In this document: piece after piece, positions 1-8,602 of the stretch
Layout: the number at the start of each line of letters is the position of its first letter
How positions within the stretch are numbered: the stretch's first letter is position 1
Translations under genes and position numbers: made by a program
Source of the DNA: a bacterium UBP13_UBA5359
GTDB lineage: Bacteria; UBP13; UBA5359
Assembly (NCBI GenBank): GCA_002410925.1
Contig: DHPR01000029.1
Location: 1 to 64,000 of the forward strand
Reading direction: 5' to 3'
Length of the DNA: 64,000 nucleotides
Notes under the pieces: model-generated
What the model saw: only the letters and a program-made list of their open reading frames with translations
Told to the model about the DNA's origin: nothing
Databases searched by the model: none

Positions 1-770
1 TGCAGTAACGGCTCTCCCTGAAGAACTGATATCACTATTATGCTAAGACTGAGAAGAATGGCAATAAGAAAGACCTGCCTGACTATAATTCGTGTCCTTC
101 TCTGCAACGGCGTTATGCTCTCCTTGACCTCGCTTAGCGCCGCACCGATCTTGCCATACTCTGTATTCTTGCCGGTAGCGGTCACCTCCATAATTCCCTG
201 CCCCTGCACCACAATGGTGCCGGCATAGCACATATCCCGACGCCAGATATGCCCAGGCTCCGCAGCAGCCGGATTGATCTCTTTCCAAACAGGTACCGAT
301 TCACCTGTCAGTAGAGATTCATCCAGCCCCAGATCGGACAGAGCCAGGAGCAGGCCGTCTGCCGGAGTACGCTCTCCCTCTCTGAGAACCACCAGATCAC
401 CCGGTACTATCTGCGTAGCATCGATCTCTTCCTCTCGTCCATCACGTATAACCGTAGCTCTAGGGGAGGCCAATTCCCGCAATGCATCCAAAGCCTTCTC
501 TGTTCGCCACTCCTGAACAAAGGTGATGCCTATAACAAACAAAATAAAGATCAGCATTATCCCGCCGTCTACCGGCTCGCCAAGAATAAAATATGCCAGA
601 GCAGCCCCTAGAAGGAGAAGAAACATAGGCTCACTGAAAGTAATCAGTAGACGCTTAGCCAGAGAAATCTTCTTTACCGCTTCCAGCTGATTAAGCCCCA
701 GCTGCTTGAGTCTTTTCTCCGCTTCAGCCTGCTCCAATCCCTTAAAAGCTTGCACATTAAACCCCGTCAT
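1..770 (-). CDS. Cation-translocating P-type ATPase (type II-like), N-terminal part; runs off window start
   Basis: Not in the ORF track. Manual translation from ATG 770: MTGFNVQAFKGLEQAEAEKRLKQLGLNQL...EPMFLLLL...QEWRTEKALDALRELASPRATVIRDG...IVPGDLVVLREGERTPADG...DESLLTGESVPV. TGES actuator motif present. Confidence 0.93.
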   Translation of the reverse strand, partial: MTGFNVQAFKGLEQAEAEKRLKQLGLNQLEAVKKISLAKRLLITFSEPMFLLLLGAALAYFILGEPVDGGIMLIFILFVIGITFVQEWRTEKALDALRELASPRATVIRDGREEEIDATQIVPGDLVVLREGERTPADGLLLALSDLGLDESLLTGESVPVWKEINPAAAEPGHIWRRDMCYAGTIVVQGQGIMEVTATGKNTEYGKIGAALSEVKESITPLQRRTRIIVRQVFLIAILLSLSIIVISVLQGEPLL

Positions 771-795
771 TAATATTCACCTTTCCGGATAACTA

Positions 796-843
796 TAAAA
801 AAAGCACCTGTCGGATAGATTAATATCAGTCCCACAAGTGCTT
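796..843 (-). terminator. Intrinsic terminator (riboswitch expression platform)
   Basis: AAGCACTTGTGGGA...TCCGACAGGTGCTT hairpin followed by a U-tract. Its 5' arm overlaps the 3' end of the aptamer, as in an ON switch. Confidence 0.8.
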
Positions 844-902
844 ATTGCCCTGCTGCCTTCATGGCCCGGCCCCATCAGCATATAGCTGATTGCCTGCTCT
901 GA
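826..902 (-). ncRNA. NiCo (czcD) transition-metal riboswitch aptamer
   Basis: Minus strand TCAG-AGCAGGC-aATCAGC tatat GCTGAT-ggGGCCGGGC-catgaag-GCAGCAG...TGTGGGA-CTGA matches the conserved NiCo blocks (AGCAGGC, GCCGGGC, GCA(A/G)CAG, GTGGGAC). Lies upstream of a cation P-type ATPase. Confidence 0.85.
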
Positions 903-1017
903 AAAAGTGCTCTTAGAGCACGGTTATTCGTTATCGGTCTCAGTATTTCCGGACAACCTGTCCCGGGCTGCTATACCATTTTGATTCATAGTACGCCGAC
1001 AATACTACCATGAAAGA

Positions 1018-1215
1018 TTATTTCTTGCTTACGGCCTTGTTCAGATCATTGATCAGATCCTCCAGATCGATGCCGTGTGCTTCGGCGCCCTGCTCTATCG
1101 TTTCAAAACGCGTGGCCGGGCAACCCAGGCAACCCATACCGTACTGCATGAAAACCTCAACGCTCGCCGGGTAATTCTCGACAACCTCACCGATGGTCAT
1201 ATCCTTGTTTATCAC
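1018..1215 (-). CDS. DUF1858 / HCP-associated redox disulfide domain protein
   Basis: INKDMTIGEVVENYP...GMGCLGCPA...ETIEQGAEAHGID. GTG start at 1215 behind AGGAGG. Confidence 0.88.
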   Translation of the reverse strand: MINKDMTIGEVVENYPASVEVFMQYGMGCLGCPATRFETIEQGAEAHGIDLEDLINDLNKAVSKK

Positions 1216-1331
1216 CCGTATCACCTCCTGCCGGAATACTAATATAGAACTCAGAATGAAGACCGATTTCATCTCTTAGCAGCGCATAAAAGCCCCCTTA
1301 CAACATGCTGAAAAAGCTAAGGGAAGCTGGC

Positions 1332-1502
1332 TTAGTAGCCCTCGTTAGAGACGTTAACAAGGCAACCTTCCTCAATATTGTTGACATGCCCGCAAACAGG
1401 GCAGGACTTCTCCCGGAGATTATCCGTAGGATACATATGCCCGCAATTGGCACATTTAAAGCTCAATTCGGTTGTTGCCTCGGTCTGATTTTTATTCGAC
1501 AT
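1332..1502 (-). CDS. Small zinc-ribbon protein
   Basis: CANCGH...CPVCGH. AGGAG RBS before ATG 1502. Confidence 0.7.
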   Translation of the reverse strand: MSNKNQTEATTELSFKCANCGHMYPTDNLREKSCPVCGHVNNIEEGCLVNVSNEGY

Positions 1503-1522
1503 TCTGCTCTCTCCTTTCACTA

Positions 1523-1547
1523 ATTCGTCATCTTTCGTTAATCTCCT
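1523..1547 (-). promoter_or_regulatory. Sigma-H-like promoter
   Basis: AGGA-N17-GAAT upstream of the zinc-ribbon gene. Confidence 0.45.
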
Positions 1548-1630
1548 TCAAAATTTGTACCTGAGCGTTTTAAGAGGTGGGGGGAAAGTAAGATTGAGGT
1601 CCGTTGTGCAGCATTAGAGTACGTTTGCAG

Positions 1631-1656
1631 GTTTAAGCTTCGCAAACTACGGGTAG
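1631..1656 (+). promoter_or_regulatory. Sigma-B-like promoter
   Basis: GTTTAA-N14-GGGTAG immediately before the BON gene. Confidence 0.45.
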
Positions 1657-1659
1657 ATC

Positions 1660-2349
1660 ATGGCTATGAAGGAAAGTGATGCTCAAATAAAGAAAGACCT
1701 TCTGGATACCTTGGAATGGGATATACGCTTCAACAGCCCTGATATCGATATCGATGTCAGGGATGGCCATGTAATCCTGACCGGCAATGTCGTCAGTCTT
1801 CAAGATAAAGCGCTGGCGCACAGAATTGCTGAACGTATCAAAGGCGTCTGCGATGTTACTGATGAGTTGAAGGTTACGCCGGGTATGTCCAGAAGAGATG
1901 AGGATATTACCAATGATATAGAGGAAGCGTTAAGACGCGATGTCTGGGTGAATGAAAAGAGAATCCGCATCATCACCAACCGAGGGGTAGCGCATCTATC
2001 CGGAACCATCGACACCTTTGCTGAAAGAGATGCAGCAGTGGATGATGCCTGGCGGACTCCCGGCGTCCAGGATGTGGTTGATAACCTTATTGTCGCCCCT
2101 ACCGTAACCAGAAGCGATGCAGATATAGCAGCAGACGTACATAGTGACCTGGTAAGAAATATACGGCTCGATCCCTCTGCAATAACGGTGGACGTATCAG
2201 GAGGAATGGTCTTTCTCCACGGCAGCGTAGCCAGCTATGCTCAAAAATGGATCGCTGATGATGTAGCCTGGTGGACCCCGGGCGTCAAAGACGTCATAAA
2301 TGAACTTATCATTGAAGAGCGTGGCTCTTCACAGGATCTACCTGAATAA
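1660..2349 (+). CDS. Triple BON-domain (OsmY-like) protein
   Basis: Three repeats of D..I...I...L....I.V.V..G.V.L.G.V......A...A....GV..V.N.L. Confidence 0.92.
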   Translation: MAMKESDAQIKKDLLDTLEWDIRFNSPDIDIDVRDGHVILTGNVVSLQDKALAHRIAERIKGVCDVTDELKVTPGMSRRDEDITNDIEEALRRDVWVNEKRIRIITNRGVAHLSGTIDTFAERDAAVDDAWRTPGVQDVVDNLIVAPTVTRSDADIAADVHSDLVRNIRLDPSAITVDVSGGMVFLHGSVASYAQKWIADDVAWWTPGVKDVINELIIEERGSSQDLPE

Positions 2350-2484
2350 GCAGCTCTTCATCAGCGTATTAGCGGCCATCTCCGAGCGTCACAGCTAACT
2401 ATCGGCAGGCAGAGCAGCCTTAGCCCCTTCTCCGGCAGCTATTATTCTCTACTTCGGTACTAATGAATGCTTAAATAATGCTTA

Positions 2485-3531
2485 TCATGCCGGGTACCGA
2501 CAGACTCGGCCATCATAGGCACGCAGTACCAGACTTTTACCCTGCCTGGAGATTACAGGGTTCGGTGCCAGAATAATCTTTCCGGCTCCGCCGGGAGCAT
2601 CGATTACATAAGACGGAACGGCCAATCCGGAAATCTTTCCCCGAAGATAGGAGATTATCTCCAGGCCGCGGTCTATGGATGTTCTGAAATGTCCTGTACC
2701 CCTGACCGGATCAGCCTGGTACAGATAGTAAGGCTTGACTCTCATAGAAAGCAATCCCCGCAGCAATCTCTCCATGACATGAGAATTATCGTTAACTCCT
2801 TGCAGCAATACGCTCTGGTTGCCCACCGGTATGCCGGCATCGGCCAAACGTACACAAGCTTGCCGGCTCTCCTCGGTCAATTCCCGGGGATGATTGAAAT
2901 GGGTATTTAGATAAAGCGGGTGATACTTTTTAAGTACTCTTACCAGCCTGGTGGTTATCCGCAAGGGCATAACACACGGAGTCCGGCTGCCGATGCGAAT
3001 TATTTGCACATGTTCTATGGCTCTCAAGCCGGACAGAATTTCATCCAGCTGCTCGTCCGACAGCAGAAGAGGATCTCCACCGGAAAGTATGACATCCTTT
3101 ACTTCCGCTCGCCCCTTGATGTATTTCAAGCCCTGGCGCAGCAGATCATCATCCATCGGGGACGTTCCTGCCCGGCGGCAGCCCACACGGCGTTTGCGAG
3201 TACAGAAACGGCAGTAAACGGAACATTGTTCGGATACCAGCCAAAGCACCCTGTCCGGATAGCGATGAACCATATTGGACAGCGGGCTGTATTTCTCTTC
3301 CTGAAGGGGGTCCTCTTCTCCGGTATCGTCATCAAGTTCGGCCTTATCGGGCACCGCCTGCTTCCATACAGGATCACCAATCTTGGAAATCAAGTCCAGA
3401 TAATAAGGAGTTATTCGCATTGGATAACGCTGAATGACCGCTTCTATAGATTCAAAAGCCTGCCCGAACCTTACTGCCAGAGCACGAGAATCCGTCAGGC
3501 TATATTTTAATTGGCGTTCCCATTCAAGCAT
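2485..3531 (-). CDS. KamA-family radical SAM/PLP 2,3-aminomutase
   Basis: HRYPDRVL, CSVYCRFCTRKR (CX3CX2C), SGGDPL, HFNHP, NQSVLL, PYYLYQ, APGGAGK (PLP lysine). Likely ATG 3531 overlaps the upstream stop (ATGCTTGA). Confidence 0.93.
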   Translation of the reverse strand: MLEWERQLKYSLTDSRALAVRFGQAFESIEAVIQRYPMRITPYYLDLISKIGDPVWKQAVPDKAELDDDTGEEDPLQEEKYSPLSNMVHRYPDRVLWLVSEQCSVYCRFCTRKRRVGCRRAGTSPMDDDLLRQGLKYIKGRAEVKDVILSGGDPLLLSDEQLDEILSGLRAIEHVQIIRIGSRTPCVMPLRITTRLVRVLKKYHPLYLNTHFNHPRELTEESRQACVRLADAGIPVGNQSVLLQGVNDNSHVMERLLRGLLSMRVKPYYLYQADPVRGTGHFRTSIDRGLEIISYLRGKISGLAVPSYVIDAPGGAGKIILAPNPVISRQGKSLVLRAYDGRVCRYPA

Positions 3532-4945
3532 CTGATCTTTCCCCTTCAACAAAGGCAGGCGCTATGATAGCTTCAGGCATACCGTGTAATGCCTTCTTCT
3601 CCAGCGAACAGGCCGTAGCCATGATACCGCCCAGAACAGCCCTACCATTTATAACAAAGTAATAAGGGCAGAGTCTTACCCGGGCATCCATCTGCTTTAT
3701 CTTATCATCAGATGGTGAATAATACGACAGATTAAAACGTTTACCCTGATGAAAACGCTGCAGAATATAGAGCTCCTGCTCCCAGCCGGATGCAGCCATC
3801 TGCAGAGCTGCCGTCCATTCAACTGCAGGCATATCATGTCCGATGTGCAGGCCGCGGCTGCCCCAGGCCAATGGTGAAAATCCCGACGGCTTCAATACCA
3901 GGCGGCGCTCCTTCTGAGAGGCGTTTCCCAGCTGTGACCAATCGTTTATAGGACAATTACCGATATTCAGCTCAGGTATAATTGCATTGGGCGGCAACGG
4001 CCTCCCATCCAGCACCCAACCCTGAGGGATGATCCTCTTCATCAATTCATAATCATCCAGATTGCTGCGCCAGTACCGCTCCAGCAACGGATGATGAAGC
4101 AGCGCCAGCCATAATTTTTCTTCAATAAAAGCTTTTGGAGGAGGAGTCATGGCTATCTTGCCTAGAGATGCAGCTTGAATCATATCTCTGCCGCCCCCCA
4201 CATTATCCAGATCAAAAAGCTCAAAAAAGCGATAAATGTTATCGATACGGCGTCCATCCCGAATCCGAACTTCATCATTACCTATGATTACATCATGAGG
4301 GCTTACGCAAACAGCTTCATACCCTAAATCCGATATCCGAGAAACCAGATAATCCATTTCAGGCTGGTAATCCGAGGATTCATCGGATACCACCACAGCC
4401 AGAGTTCCTTTGTTCGGAGCTACAGCTGCAGCAAAGCAGCCTGGTATATCCAACTCAAGCCCGTTCCAACCGGCCGAAACATAGGCCTCCGTCATAGCGG
4501 CTGTCATTCCCATACCGCCTGGCAGAGAGTCCAATTCACAGATTATGTATCCCTCTTCGGTAAGTATCAGATCCGGACGAATGACAGCCGGCAAAGAAGG
4601 GCGAAAACGTTTACAAATACCCTGCCGTATTATCTCCTCCGGCTTGCCTTTATCCGCATATTCGGCAACCCAGGCCGGGCTCAACCCACGAACTGAATCA
4701 TAATAGAATTTATTACAGGCCTTATAAAAAGAGAGCAGTATCTCTCCCAGCATCTGTAATTCGCTGTAAAGCTCGGGACTTATGTGAAAAGGTTGCGGCG
4801 ATACGCGCCAGGGAGCCGAAGCCGACTCTTGGCCCCGATATACCGAAGCCCCGGCAATTTCGTTATATAGATACCGGCCTATCTCTTTGCACTTTGCAGG
4901 CACAGTTACCGGTTGTTTGATATTTATCGCTTTCCGGCTTTCCAT
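3524..4945 (-). CDS. Glutathionylspermidine-synthase-like (circularly permuted ATP-grasp) amidoligase
   Basis: IRPDL...ICELDSLPGG (R-x-D and E-x-D/N metal ligands), PPPKAFIEEKLWLALL, LVLKPSGFS..WGSRG, YILQRF. Motif order as in GspS-type ligases. AAGGAGG RBS. Confidence 0.7.
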   Translation of the reverse strand: MESRKAINIKQPVTVPAKCKEIGRYLYNEIAGASVYRGQESASAPWRVSPQPFHISPELYSELQMLGEILLSFYKACNKFYYDSVRGLSPAWVAEYADKGKPEEIIRQGICKRFRPSLPAVIRPDLILTEEGYIICELDSLPGGMGMTAAMTEAYVSAGWNGLELDIPGCFAAAVAPNKGTLAVVVSDESSDYQPEMDYLVSRISDLGYEAVCVSPHDVIIGNDEVRIRDGRRIDNIYRFFELFDLDNVGGGRDMIQAASLGKIAMTPPPKAFIEEKLWLALLHHPLLERYWRSNLDDYELMKRIIPQGWVLDGRPLPPNAIIPELNIGNCPINDWSQLGNASQKERRLVLKPSGFSPLAWGSRGLHIGHDMPAVEWTAALQMAASGWEQELYILQRFHQGKRFNLSYYSPSDDKIKQMDARVRLCPYYFVINGRAVLGGIMATACSLEKKALHGMPEAIIAPAFVEGERSDA

Positions 4946-5092
4946 ATAAGCCTCCTTTGCTACACTCCTTGAACGGTTCTGCGCTATATAAAATTCAAGC
5001 TCGTTCTAATTCAGCTGCAAAAACCTCTCCTTCAAATCTACCCGGCAAAATCACCGGCTGGCCGTCAGAACGTAATATTCTATGGCAGAGAA

Positions 5093-7189
5093 TTATGAGG
5101 ATCCTTTATATCCAAGTATCCTACCGTACAGATACATCGCTCTGTCGGCATCGCTATCATCCGGCTCTTCGAGAATATAAGCTACCGCCAAGTACATCTC
5201 CGTCAATTCATGTAGAGCCGGAATAATGGCGCCTACATCAATCAGGCGTCTTAAATGTTCTCTCGGCGTTTCCCAGATATGACGCCCCATTCCGATCTCG
5301 TTCAGGAAGAGAAGAGCATGGAAGTAAGCCTGCTCGATCCTCTCTCCGGCCGTTCCGGAAAAAGTCTCCGCCTCACCCAGCATGGCCTTGCGGTTTCTAT
5401 TAAAAGCCCTTCTTCTCAGCAGCTGACGACAGGCATAGGCCAAACCGACTATAGACAGCATAATACTAATTATCGGCAATATCCGGAGACGCCGGTTTCT
5501 AAAGAGCATCTTTATCTTTTTCATCATCAGCATACGAGAAGAAGACAGCTGTGCCGCCTTTCCCGGCGTAGCGTCAAAGAGCACCCAACCGTGCCCCGGT
5601 ATATTGAGTTCCGCCCAGGCATGTGCATCTTTCAACCTTATCACGGTTCTGCCCTGTGCATCAACCTCTTCTGCAAGGTATCCGGTAGTAAAACGTGAGG
5701 GTATATCGTTGATACGGGCTAAAACAGCCATAGCCGTAGCAAAATACTGGCAATGCCCCCGTTTGGATTCAAAGAGGAAATAATCTACGCTTTCGCCTCG
5801 GGCTGAGCCCACATTCAAACTATAGTTATAATTGGTCATAAGGTATCTCTGTATTGCCCTGGCCTTTTCCCACGGCCTATCCAATCCAGCGGTTATCTTT
5901 CTGCCTAATTCAACCGTTCTGGACGAAAGCGCCGGCAATTGTATATAATCCGCTGCAACTATGCCTTTTATTGCAACTTCAGGCTTCTCCTCCTCGGGTA
6001 TCTCTGAAGGAATTACCGATGTAACAGCATACCGCATACTCTTCTTGCTATCGGATTGCAATGCTACCGATGCATATTCGTTTGAATAGGATAGAACGGA
6101 AGCGATATTGATCGCTTTGATGCAGTAGGGGACAGGCAAGAAAGGCGAAGGTGGCGAAATAAGCTCCATATCGATCGTAAAACGCCTGCCGGAAAGATCT
6201 TCGTTAGAAAGCCTTGTCCAGCCTGAGGCATTAATAAGCTCAGCTTTACGAAATGTCGCCTGCCATCTCTTACCGTCATAATTCTCGTAACTTGTTTCAC
6301 GCCAATAAAAAGAGATATCCGTATCGGCTATTGCCACAAGGCGTTCATCACCCTGACTGGAAACAGGCCCAATGATAAAGGGACTATGGCTCCAACTATC
6401 CGGAGACTCTATCTTTACCTGAGGCGTGAACCAATGAATCATACGCCAAGAGATACGAAAGAAGAGACGATCGAAATATCGCTGATTGTTCCAGACGGAT
6501 ACAGCTGTCATAGTACAAACCGTTATCAGCAGTATTAATAATATAGCCATCCTTAAATCCGGCTTGATACGCTTGGCATGCCCATATCTTCTGTGCATGT
6601 CTCCCAGATGAGCCATCTCCAACAGAGCTTCAGAGCGCATAGCAGCCACCAATCCGATAACGGAGATGGCCATAATAACGATATTAAAAGCTGACGGCAT
6701 ACTTACCGTCAATAACGCTTCTATGGATAATGTGGGCACCAGCAATATGAAAATGTCTTTATCTCTGAGAATAGTGTAACTACGTATGACGGCCGCCCAT
6801 AGATAGGCATAGCAAAGAATCAGGTAGAGTTTACTCTCTAAAGACTCCGTTTCCACGCTGAATATCTGCTTTAAGGGCAATAAATCACTGTTAAAAAAAA
6901 GAGTATAAAGTAGTAGTAAAAATACTCCTGAACCGACATAAAGAAAGAGTCGCCTGCTCGGCACGCTATGGTAACGAATATAAAAGCTGGTAATAAAGCC
7001 TACCATTATTACGGCAGGCATCGTCCATGCCTGGCTGAATAATGCCAAGGTTCTATCTACAATGATAACGCCGCAAAACACCGTTATCATACCCCAAAAA
7101 TATAAAGGCAGCGACCTTCTAACAGGATCTTCCTCATGAGCACACTTAGAATACGTTGCCGGTTGTTGTTTATTGATTGTTGGTCTCAA
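5093..7189 (-). CDS. Membrane-anchored transglutaminase-like protein (TgpA; DUF3488/DUF4129 type)
   Basis: Multi-TM N-terminus, YWR..SY..YDG..W, triad GHCQYFATAM / HAWAE / FDATP, C-terminal WETPRE motif. Confidence 0.9.
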   Translation of the reverse strand: MRPTINKQQPATYSKCAHEEDPVRRSLPLYFWGMITVFCGVIIVDRTLALFSQAWTMPAVIMVGFITSFYIRYHSVPSRRLFLYVGSGVFLLLLYTLFFNSDLLPLKQIFSVETESLESKLYLILCYAYLWAAVIRSYTILRDKDIFILLVPTLSIEALLTVSMPSAFNIVIMAISVIGLVAAMRSEALLEMAHLGDMHRRYGHAKRIKPDLRMAILLILLITVCTMTAVSVWNNQRYFDRLFFRISWRMIHWFTPQVKIESPDSWSHSPFIIGPVSSQGDERLVAIADTDISFYWRETSYENYDGKRWQATFRKAELINASGWTRLSNEDLSGRRFTIDMELISPPSPFLPVPYCIKAINIASVLSYSNEYASVALQSDSKKSMRYAVTSVIPSEIPEEEKPEVAIKGIVAADYIQLPALSSRTVELGRKITAGLDRPWEKARAIQRYLMTNYNYSLNVGSARGESVDYFLFESKRGHCQYFATAMAVLARINDIPSRFTTGYLAEEVDAQGRTVIRLKDAHAWAELNIPGHGWVLFDATPGKAAQLSSSRMLMMKKIKMLFRNRRLRILPIISIMLSIVGLAYACRQLLRRRAFNRNRKAMLGEAETFSGTAGERIEQAYFHALLFLNEIGMGRHIWETPREHLRRLIDVGAIIPALHELTEMYLAVAYILEEPDDSDADRAMYLYGRILGYKGSS

Positions 7190-7217
7190 TTTCTTTGCTC
7201 GCTCCTATCCTGCCCAT

Positions 7218-7381
7218 CTGCAAATGCTCCCGAACACCCGAACAACCAACCCAACTTGCAAACGCACTTAAATACTGAGCAACCAACCCCAACCCTCCTG
7301 GCTCCTGACTCCTGACTCCTAAACCTTCAAACGGACTTACATGCTGAATAACCAACCCCAATCACCCCCCCAACCCCCAAA
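7218..7381 (-). repeat. G-rich dispersed repeat, locus A (two good units, one degenerate)
   Basis: GGGGTTGGTTATTCAGCATGTAAGTCCGTTTGAAGG and GGGGTTGGTTGCTCAGTATTTAAGTGCGTTTGCAAGTT, separated by AGGAGTC/AGGAGCC heptamers. Related copies at 29149 and 34195. Confidence 0.85.
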
Positions 7382-8602
7382 CACCTCTGCCATGTCGTCA
7401 CCATTCTTTATATTCACCGGACTCAGCCCGGCCATCTCCAACCGCCTGCTTTGTTCCTGCCTGGCAGCAATATATCTCTTTCGCCAACCTGTCCTGGCCA
7501 TCTTTGCATAAGTGGATGCATCAGGGCTGATCAGGAATACCGATATCCCTCGTGCTCTTGCTGCTATTATATTATCTGCCAGCAGCAAATCCGGATCAGA
7601 TGAGATAACATATATATTGGTACCAGGCTTACTCTCCAGGATACTCCTGGCCAGTGCTTCAGATAAAGGCTTTCCAGGCCGGCATTTAAGAGCCGCCAAC
7701 TCGGCTAAAATATTATAAAAATGATGCCGATTTATAGGCAATACCTCATCGCTGCCTTCGCTATTTATCTGAAAAGAGAGCCTCGTCCTTCCTTTTAGCA
7801 ATGAAACCGCCAGGCTGGCAGCCGCTGTAATAGCATCATCGAGAGCACCCTCAACCTTGAATCCGGTAGAGCAGGTGGAACGAGCATCGAGAAGAATAAT
7901 AGCAGTGGGAACAGCCTCCCTCTCAAACTCCTTGACAAAGAGCTTTCCCATGCGCGCAGTAGCCTTCCAATGTATCCTTTTCAGATCATCACCCTGGTGG
8001 TAATCTCTCAATCCGGCAAAGGTTTCTCTTCCTTCCGGAGCCAGTTTTGACAGATTATCGCCTGCTCTTCTGCTGTATCCGGCATTGGCAGCAGGTATTG
8101 TCAGAGGCACCGGTGCAGGATAAACGGTAACGGATTGAGCTGACAAAGCGTTATGTCGCATCCGAAGAATGCCTAATGGGTCGATGGCTTCAATATAAAG
8201 CTTATTATCGGGATAAATTCCTCGTCGTGCCATAACGACCTGATAATCTACATCCAGAGCCTCATAAGGGGCGAGCTTCTCTATCATTATGAGAGCTTCA
8301 GCCGCACCGGAAGAGAACGGCAACCGATCCCGAAGCATCAACCGCGGAATTATCCTGCCGGATTCATTCTTTACCTTTGCCGAGAGCATAATTTCCTCTC
8401 CCGCGAATACCCCTCCTTCAGACAGAATGCGTTCCACCCGTATGCCTCTAAGAATAAGATAAGCATAGAGACAGGATGCTGCCGCCAGGCTAAGCATACA
8501 AGTGGATATGTAGTAAATCGGCTTTATCTTATTGAGAGAGGCTATCAGAAAGAATGCAATACCTAAGAGAATATATACCGTTCCCCGGCGAGTGAACCTC
8601 AA
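7337..8602 (-). CDS. DUF58 (vWA-like) MoxR partner
   Basis: RRGIY, DPLG, VYP, FAGLRDYHQGDDLKRIHWKATARMGKLFVKEFE. Confidence 0.93.
   Translation of the reverse strand: MRFTRRGTVYILLGIAFFLIASLNKIKPIYYISTCMLSLAAASCLYAYLILRGIRVERILSEGGVFAGEEIMLSAKVKNESGRIIPRLMLRDRLPFSSGAAEALIMIEKLAPYEALDVDYQVVMARRGIYPDNKLYIEAIDPLGILRMRHNALSAQSVTVYPAPVPLTIPAANAGYSRRAGDNLSKLAPEGRETFAGLRDYHQGDDLKRIHWKATARMGKLFVKEFEREAVPTAIILLDARSTCSTGFKVEGALDDAITAAASLAVSLLKGRTRLSFQINSEGSDEVLPINRHHFYNILAELAALKCRPGKPLSEALARSILESKPGTNIYVISSDPDLLLADNIIAARARGISVFLISPDASTYAKMARTGWRKRYIAARQEQSRRLEMAGLSPVNIKNGDDMAEVFGGWGGDWGWLFSM

Noticed and set aside
2485-3531. Calling the aminomutase epmB or ablA
   Set aside because: No efp/epmA or ablB neighbour is present, and the substrate cannot be read from motifs by eye.
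7170-7361. ORFs MGLVIQHVSPFEG... and MGLIIQYVSVFEG... (29158) that look like paralogous peptides
   Set aside because: Both are translations of the dispersed repeat, with non-ATG starts and no RBS; similarity ends where the repeat ends.
7218-7381. Possible mini-CRISPR (about 36-nt repeats with similar-length spacers)
   Set aside because: Units are degenerate, the linker is the same at loci A and C rather than unique, and there are no cas genes.
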